From Candidatus Calescibacterium sp. (GTDB lineage: Bacteria > Calescibacteriota > Calescibacteriia > Calescibacteriales > Calescibacteriaceae), in contig JAVVGL010000008.1 in assembly GCA_032249135.1 (NCBI GenBank), forward strand, positions 1 through 64,000: 64,000 bases of DNA, written 5' to 3'. Under the pieces are notes generated by a model. The model was given only the letters and a program-made list of their open reading frames with translations. It searched no databases and was not told where the DNA came from. Every line of letters starts with the position of its first letter. Position 1 is the stretch's first letter. The position numbers and the translations under genes were made by a program. Of this stretch, positions 58,987 through 64,000 are shown piece by piece.

Positions 58987-60177
58987 ATGGGAAATGGTAG
59001 CAACAAAGTAGTATATATAGTTGATGCAGTAAGAACTCCTATGGGGCGTTTCCAAGGAGCACTTGCTAAATTCAAAGCATCGGAACTTGGTGCAAAAGTT
59101 ATTTCTGCTCTTTTGAAAAGAAATAATTTGAAGGGAGATGAAATAGATGAAGTTATTATGGGAAATGTTTTGCAAGCCGGTGTTGGTCAAGGTCCTGCAA
59201 GGCAGGCTGCAATATTGGGTGGTGTTTCTCCTTCTGTTCCGGCTGAAACTATAAATAAAGTTTGCGGTTCAGCTCTCAGAGCTGTTATTCACGGTGCTGA
59301 GGAGATTTTGCTTTCAAGAGCAAATGTGATTATTGCAGGTGGTATGGAATCTATGTCAAATGCCCCGTTTCTTATTCCAGCTGAGACAAGGAGAGGTTGG
59401 AAGTTTGGGAATATTTCAGTTCAAGACCATATGATTTATGATGGTCTGTGGTGCGCTTTTGAAAATAGACACATGGGAGAACTTGCAGAGTACACGGCTG
59501 AGAAAGCGGGGATATCAAGGGAAGAGCAAGATAAATTTGCATATGAAAGCCACATGAAGGCTGTAAGGGCATCTGTTGAGGGATTTTTCAGGAACGAAAT
59601 AGTTCCGATTGAGTTAGGAGATGGTCAAATTCTTGACAGAGATGAAACTCCGCGTCAAGACACATCTTTGGAGAAGTTAGCAAAGCTAAAACCTGCATTC
59701 AAAAAAGATGGAACTGTAACTGCAGGAAATGCTTCTTCTTTGAATGATGGGGCATCTGCTGTTTTGTTGATGTCAGATAAAGAGGTTGATAGGAGGGGAA
59801 TAAAACCTATTGCGAAGATTGTTGATTGGGCAGTTGCTGCTGTTCCTCCGAAAGAAATATTTTTTGCTCCTATCTTCTCAACTAAAAAGCTTCTTGAAAA
59901 GCTCGGAATGAAAATTTCTGATATAGATCTTATAGAAATAAATGAAGCTTTCGCTTCTCAGGTACTGGCAGATGGAAAAGAATTAGGATTTGATTGGTCA
60001 TGTGTTAATATAAACGGTGGGGCGATAGCTCTCGGTCATCCAATAGGTGCATCGGGTGCACGAATTCTTACTACTCTGGTCTGGAATATGAAGAGATTGA
60101 ATGCAAAAAGAGGGTTGGCAACAATATGTATAGGAGGAGGTATGGGAATATCACTTTTGGTTGAGCTTGTACAATAA
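58987..60177 (+). CDS. Acetyl-CoA C-acyltransferase (thiolase)
   Basis: NKVCGS, NEAFA, GHPIGASG, CIGGG; all catalytic motifs intact. Confidence 0.95.
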   Translation: MGNGSNKVVYIVDAVRTPMGRFQGALAKFKASELGAKVISALLKRNNLKGDEIDEVIMGNVLQAGVGQGPARQAAILGGVSPSVPAETINKVCGSALRAVIHGAEEILLSRANVIIAGGMESMSNAPFLIPAETRRGWKFGNISVQDHMIYDGLWCAFENRHMGELAEYTAEKAGISREEQDKFAYESHMKAVRASVEGFFRNEIVPIELGDGQILDRDETPRQDTSLEKLAKLKPAFKKDGTVTAGNASSLNDGASAVLLMSDKEVDRRGIKPIAKIVDWAVAAVPPKEIFFAPIFSTKKLLEKLGMKISDIDLIEINEAFASQVLADGKELGFDWSCVNINGGAIALGHPIGASGARILTTLVWNMKRLNAKRGLATICIGGGMGISLLVELVQ

Positions 60178-60322
60178 AACTTTTCAATCAAAAACTCAAA
60201 ACATAAAGATTATGCTCCGCTTAAAAAATCCTGCATATTTTGTAAAGGAATTACTATAATTTATAGAAAGGTAAAATAAAAAATGATTACATCTTCCGGG
60301 TCGGCAGAAAGAGGGATAAAAC

Positions 60323-61429
60323 ATGGCTATTAGAAAAAGGTATGTAGGAAGAATAAAAGTTGTTGATACACCTCGGGAGATTTTTGTTGAATCCGTTGGA
60401 TTATCTAAATTTGAGAGAAAAAAAAGGAGAAGCATATTAGATGATTTGCACGAATTACTTTTTTCAACACTTGAAGGGGTGAAACTATCACTTGAAGATA
60501 TAGATGCTTTTGTTGTGGCAAATTCTATGGGTGGGATTTTCGGTATTCCAGAATTTATGCGCTATGTGGTTCCTTCTGTTGTTGGAAATCACAGAACATT
60601 TTTTGAGGTAAATTGTGAGGAGGCAGGAGGTCTATGCGCTGTAGTTAAAGCGTATGAGCTTATAAAATCTGGTCTTGCAAATAGAGTATGCGTTCTCGCA
60701 GCAAACAAGGTGAACATTGAAGACATTGATGAAATTGCAAACTTAATTTTTATGGACATTTTACAGTTTCTTCAAGAATTTATGAAAAAGCATATTGAGG
60801 AGGGAAAATTGAAGCAGAAAGATTTACATGAAATCTTTTTGATCGCTTACGAGAAAGCAAAGAAAAATCCTTTTGTGAAAGCTGAACTTCCAAAAAAAAT
60901 AGATTATTTGGAGACTTTACCTAAATTTAATGATGGAGCTGGTGTTGCCATAATTTCTTCAAGTGAGGTTGCGAAATCTAAACAAATAAAAATAATTTTT
61001 GCAGATGAAAGAACAGAACTCGTTGATATTGATCAAAAAGATGATGAGATAAAGGTTGTCGCTTCCCTTGCAAAAGCTTTATGCGAAAAACTAAAAATAT
61101 CCTCTTTGGAAGATAATATATCTATTTTTGAGGTGTATGATTTTAATCCTCTCATTGGGGAGGTGATAGCAGAATCTCTGGGGTTGAAAGGAGGATATTT
61201 GGCAGACAGGGGAAATAAAAATGGGAGAACCAAAGAAAGTAAAATTGATTTTAATCCGTCTGGAGGAGTTTTCTTTGAGAATTCTCCTCCTGTATCTGCG
61301 TTTTCAAGATTTGCTCACTCTTTCTTTTCTCTCAAAAACAGAAAAGGTGTGAAAAGAGCTTTAAGCCTTGCTATATCTTTGAGAACTTTATCGCATGCAT
61401 CTTTGGTTGTACTTGAAAAATTAAGATAA
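60323..61429 (+). CDS. Degenerate SCP2-type thiolase-fold protein
   Basis: Fold motifs DGAG, FEVYD, NPSGG present; catalytic Cys and GHP motifs altered; precedes a DUF35 gene. Confidence 0.7.
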   Translation: MAIRKRYVGRIKVVDTPREIFVESVGLSKFERKKRRSILDDLHELLFSTLEGVKLSLEDIDAFVVANSMGGIFGIPEFMRYVVPSVVGNHRTFFEVNCEEAGGLCAVVKAYELIKSGLANRVCVLAANKVNIEDIDEIANLIFMDILQFLQEFMKKHIEEGKLKQKDLHEIFLIAYEKAKKNPFVKAELPKKIDYLETLPKFNDGAGVAIISSSEVAKSKQIKIIFADERTELVDIDQKDDEIKVVASLAKALCEKLKISSLEDNISIFEVYDFNPLIGEVIAESLGLKGGYLADRGNKNGRTKESKIDFNPSGGVFFENSPPVSAFSRFAHSFFSLKNRKGVKRALSLAISLRTLSHASLVVLEKLR

Positions 61430-61478
61430 AACTTTGATTAGATTTGAAATAAAATAAATGGGGAGGAGCTAATAAAAA

Positions 61479-61931
61479 GTGAAGAGGGTTGCAAAATTAA
61501 GGACACAAAAAGGTAAAAAGATTATAGTGAATTATCAGAAGGATATCACTCAAATTGAGGAAAGATTTTATGCTGAGCTGAAAAAAGAGAAAATAAAAGC
61601 GGCAAAATGTAGGAAGTGTAAAAAAATAATCTTTCCTCCGACTCAGTATTGCCCATGGTGTTCTGGTCCTATATCCTCTTCTGATCTTATAGATGTGGGG
61701 AATTCAGGTAAAGTTATTTCTCAAACCACAGTCCATTATCTCCCATCAGAAGATTTTCCTCTTTCTATCCCATTTTCTATACTTGCTATAAAGGTGGGAA
61801 AATCTGATTCCGTTTTTATACTTCCAACTCAGAGAACAGATATATATCTTGGGGATAAAGTTAGGATCTTTCTCAAAAGACAAAAGGAAAGAAGAGGTGA
61901 TATTTTTGATATAGATGTTGAAAAATTATAA
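61479..61931 (+). CDS. DUF35 Zn-ribbon/OB-fold protein
   Basis: CRKC...FPP...CPWC followed by GKVISQTTVH OB-fold. Confidence 0.88.
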   Translation: MKRVAKLRTQKGKKIIVNYQKDITQIEERFYAELKKEKIKAAKCRKCKKIIFPPTQYCPWCSGPISSSDLIDVGNSGKVISQTTVHYLPSEDFPLSIPFSILAIKVGKSDSVFILPTQRTDIYLGDKVRIFLKRQKERRGDIFDIDVEKL

Positions 61932-61961
61932 TTTTAGTATAGATGTTAAAAAATTACAATT
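61910..61961 (+). repeat. 24-bp direct repeat (28-bp period) duplicating the DUF35 gene end
   Basis: tatagatgttgaaaaattataatt / tatagatgttaaaaaattacaatt. Confidence 0.75.
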
Positions 61962-61968
61962 GATAAAC

Positions 61969-62598
61969 ATGCAAAATGAATTACAAAGTGTAGTAGAGAT
62001 TCCTGATTGGTTGAGACCACGTAGAGGCATCCCAAGAATGTTTGAAAATGAAATTCTTGAGAGACTAAGTCATGTTCACCCTATAACTCCTCACATTATA
62101 TATGTTCCTGTGATAAGCTATATGCTTTGGAAATCATTCAAGCTTTTCGAGTTTTCCAAAATAATTTTGCTATTTTTCTTTGGAATTTTTATCTGGACCA
62201 TTATGGAATATACATTACATAGATTTGTTTTTCATTTTACACCAAAGAGTGAAATAGGTAAAAAGATACATTTTATAATTCATGGTGTGCATCATATGTA
62301 TCCGTGGGACACAACAAGGTTAGTTATGCCACCCGCTGTATCAATACTGATAGCCATAGTAGTTTTCTCTATAATGAGTTTTATTTTCGGGGACAAAACT
62401 TATCCTATCTATGCAGGAACAGCTTTGGGATATCTTATTTATGATACAACACATTTTTCTGTGCATTACTTTAAAGCACCAAAAAACAGAATATTGAGGT
62501 ATTTGTGGAAACATCATCTGCAACACCATTTTCAGAATCCAAACAAGAAATTTGGAGTAAGTTCCCCACTTTGGGATATAGTTTTTAGGACAAAATAA
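61969..62598 (+). CDS. Fatty acid hydroxylase/sterol desaturase family protein (FA2H-like)
   Basis: His boxes EYTLHRFVFH, HGVHH, YDTTH..VH, HHLQHH; RLVMPP; FGVSSPLWD; start probably ATG 61969. Confidence 0.88.
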   Translation: MQNELQSVVEIPDWLRPRRGIPRMFENEILERLSHVHPITPHIIYVPVISYMLWKSFKLFEFSKIILLFFFGIFIWTIMEYTLHRFVFHFTPKSEIGKKIHFIIHGVHHMYPWDTTRLVMPPAVSILIAIVVFSIMSFIFGDKTYPIYAGTALGYLIYDTTHFSVHYFKAPKNRILRYLWKHHLQHHFQNPNKKFGVSSPLWDIVFRTK

Positions 62599-62663
62599 GA
62601 CAAAATAATTTTCCTTTCCTCTGAACCTTTATCATTCTTATTTTGGTCAAAACCCTTATTACC

Positions 62664-63362
62664 TTAAACTTTTCTATTTTCACATATTGTTATTGTAACT
62701 ATTCCGAATGTTAGATTTATATGTTTTATATTTTCAAAGTTAAAGCTTTTGAGAAAATCTGTAAGTTCTTCTTGTGTCATATAATTTAGGATGCTTTTTG
62801 CCATGTAAATGTACTCATTTTTTCTACCTAATAGTATGCTCGTTATAGATGGTATAATGTAAAGGAGGTAGAATTTGTAAAATGGTAAGATTGCTGAATT
62901 AGGTTTCAAAGTATCTATACTTATAAATTTACCTCTGTTTTTGAGAACCCTTTTTATCTCTGATATTGCAGAAGAAAGATTTTCAAAATTCCTTAAACCG
63001 AAAGCTACACAAACTGTATCAAATGTATCATCTTTGAACGGGAGACTTTCAGCATAACTTGCAACAAAATTTACCTCCCTGCAAAACTTTTTGTTTTCAA
63101 TCCCCCATTTCATCATTTTTTTGCTCATATCAGCTCCGAAAACTTTTGAAACAGAGTTTTTACAAGAAAATCTGCTTGTCATCTCTCCTGTACCGCAAGC
63201 TAAATCAAGCACTACTCCTTCAGCAAAATCTGCAAGTTTATCTCTCCATTTTTTATCTAATCCCAAAGATAAGACCTTATTTGTGGATTCATAATAGGTA
63301 GAAATAGAGTCAAAAAGGTCCTTAAGTTTTCTCCGACTTATAAGCTGATTATAAATTCTCAT
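62664..63362 (-). CDS. UbiE/MenG-family methyltransferase
   Basis: NKVLSLGLDKKWR, LDLACGTG, LPFKDDTFD, AFGLRN. Confidence 0.88.
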   Translation of the reverse strand: MRIYNQLISRRKLKDLFDSISTYYESTNKVLSLGLDKKWRDKLADFAEGVVLDLACGTGEMTSRFSCKNSVSKVFGADMSKKMMKWGIENKKFCREVNFVASYAESLPFKDDTFDTVCVAFGLRNFENLSSAISEIKRVLKNRGKFISIDTLKPNSAILPFYKFYLLYIIPSITSILLGRKNEYIYMAKSILNYMTQEELTDFLKSFNFENIKHINLTFGIVTITICENRKV

Positions 63363-63590
63363 AATACTTAAAAGGAATATATATCATAAGAAAAAAGGAT
63401 ATAAAAAAGCAAGAAAATGAAAAAATAGAATAAGGGAAAAGAAAAAAAGAATAGAAAAATATTTGAAACCATTTGAAAATCCGAACTAAAAATATAAGCA
63501 GAGAAGTTAGAATGGAATGAACACAATAATAAATAAAAAAGAAAGATAAAATAAATAAAATAAATAAATTAATTAAATAATATAGAAAAT

Positions 63591-64000
63591 ATGAGAAAAC
63601 TTCACTTTTTCAGGGAAAAGATAAAGGCTTCCGTTTTTTTCCTGATAATATCAGTAATTGGAACAATAATTATTTTTGATAATCTACAAGCACAAGAATA
63701 TACTTTAAAGCTTGGAACACTTGCACCGGCAGGTTCATCTTGGTTTGATAAACTTTCGGAGTTCAAAAATGAAGTTGAAACAAAAACCAACGGCAAAATC
63801 AAAATAGTCATATACTCCGGTGGAGTAGCAGGAGATGAGATAGAGATGGTGAGAAAAATGCAATCAGGAAAAATTCAAGGAGCAGCCCTGATAATAAAAG
63901 GTATGAAAGAAATAGCCCCAGAACTTGATTTTTTAGATATACCCTTTATGTTCAAAAACTACGATGAAGTAAGAAAAATATATAACAGAATGGAAAAAGA
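63591..64000 (+). CDS. dctP: TRAP transporter substrate-binding protein DctP (3'-truncated by window edge; absent from the ORF track)
   Basis: Hand translation from ATG 63591: signal peptide, then LKLGTLAPAGSSW...YSGGVAGDEIEMVRKMQSG. Confidence 0.85.
   Translation, partial: MRKLHFFREKIKASVFFLIISVIGTIIIFDNLQAQEYTLKLGTLAPAGSSWFDKLSEFKNEVETKTNGKIKIVIYSGGVAGDEIEMVRKMQSGKIQGAALIIKGMKEIAPELDFLDIPFMFKNYDEVRKIYNRMEK

Noticed and set aside
63363-63590. A-rich spacer with aaata repeats as a replication origin
   Set aside because: No DnaA boxes recognised and similar A/T-rich spacers occur throughout the window

Overview
AT-rich, gene-dense chromosome segment of a diderm bacterium (lpxD, skp, TamB-like gene; GltC/GltD-like TPR proteins hint at a Myxococcota/Bdellovibrionota-like lineage, and the Lys/Glu/Ile-rich proteins suggest a thermophile; both are inference). 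Bases 1-6.3 kb are the 3' end of an Rhs polymorphic-toxin locus: the tail of an Rhs gene entering from the left edge plus two orphan Rhs-CT cassettes. All three carry a Cys-rich Het-C/VWA7-like (Zn-phospholipase C/P1 nuclease fold) tip, and each is followed by a small signal-peptide-bearing outer-membrane beta-barrel (DUF3575-like, ending GLYLGYSW), with a fourth orphan barrel at the end. This pairing of toxin tip and outer-membrane barrel is the main candidate for an undescribed system. The remainder is housekeeping with strongly scrambled operons (rplJ-tsf, lone atpG, lone ilvC, skp-lpxD, speD-speE, metG, ndk, serA, nnr, nadD, cobA/hemD), envelope genes and several unusual lipid enzymes (alkyl-DHAP synthase-like, FA2H-like, degenerate thiolase plus DUF35). 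A small secreted-protein gene is enclosed by a perfect 15-bp inverted repeat that would pair the two ends of its mRNA. No rRNA, tRNA, CRISPR array or transposase was recognised. All calls come from motif recognition by eye; no searches were run.
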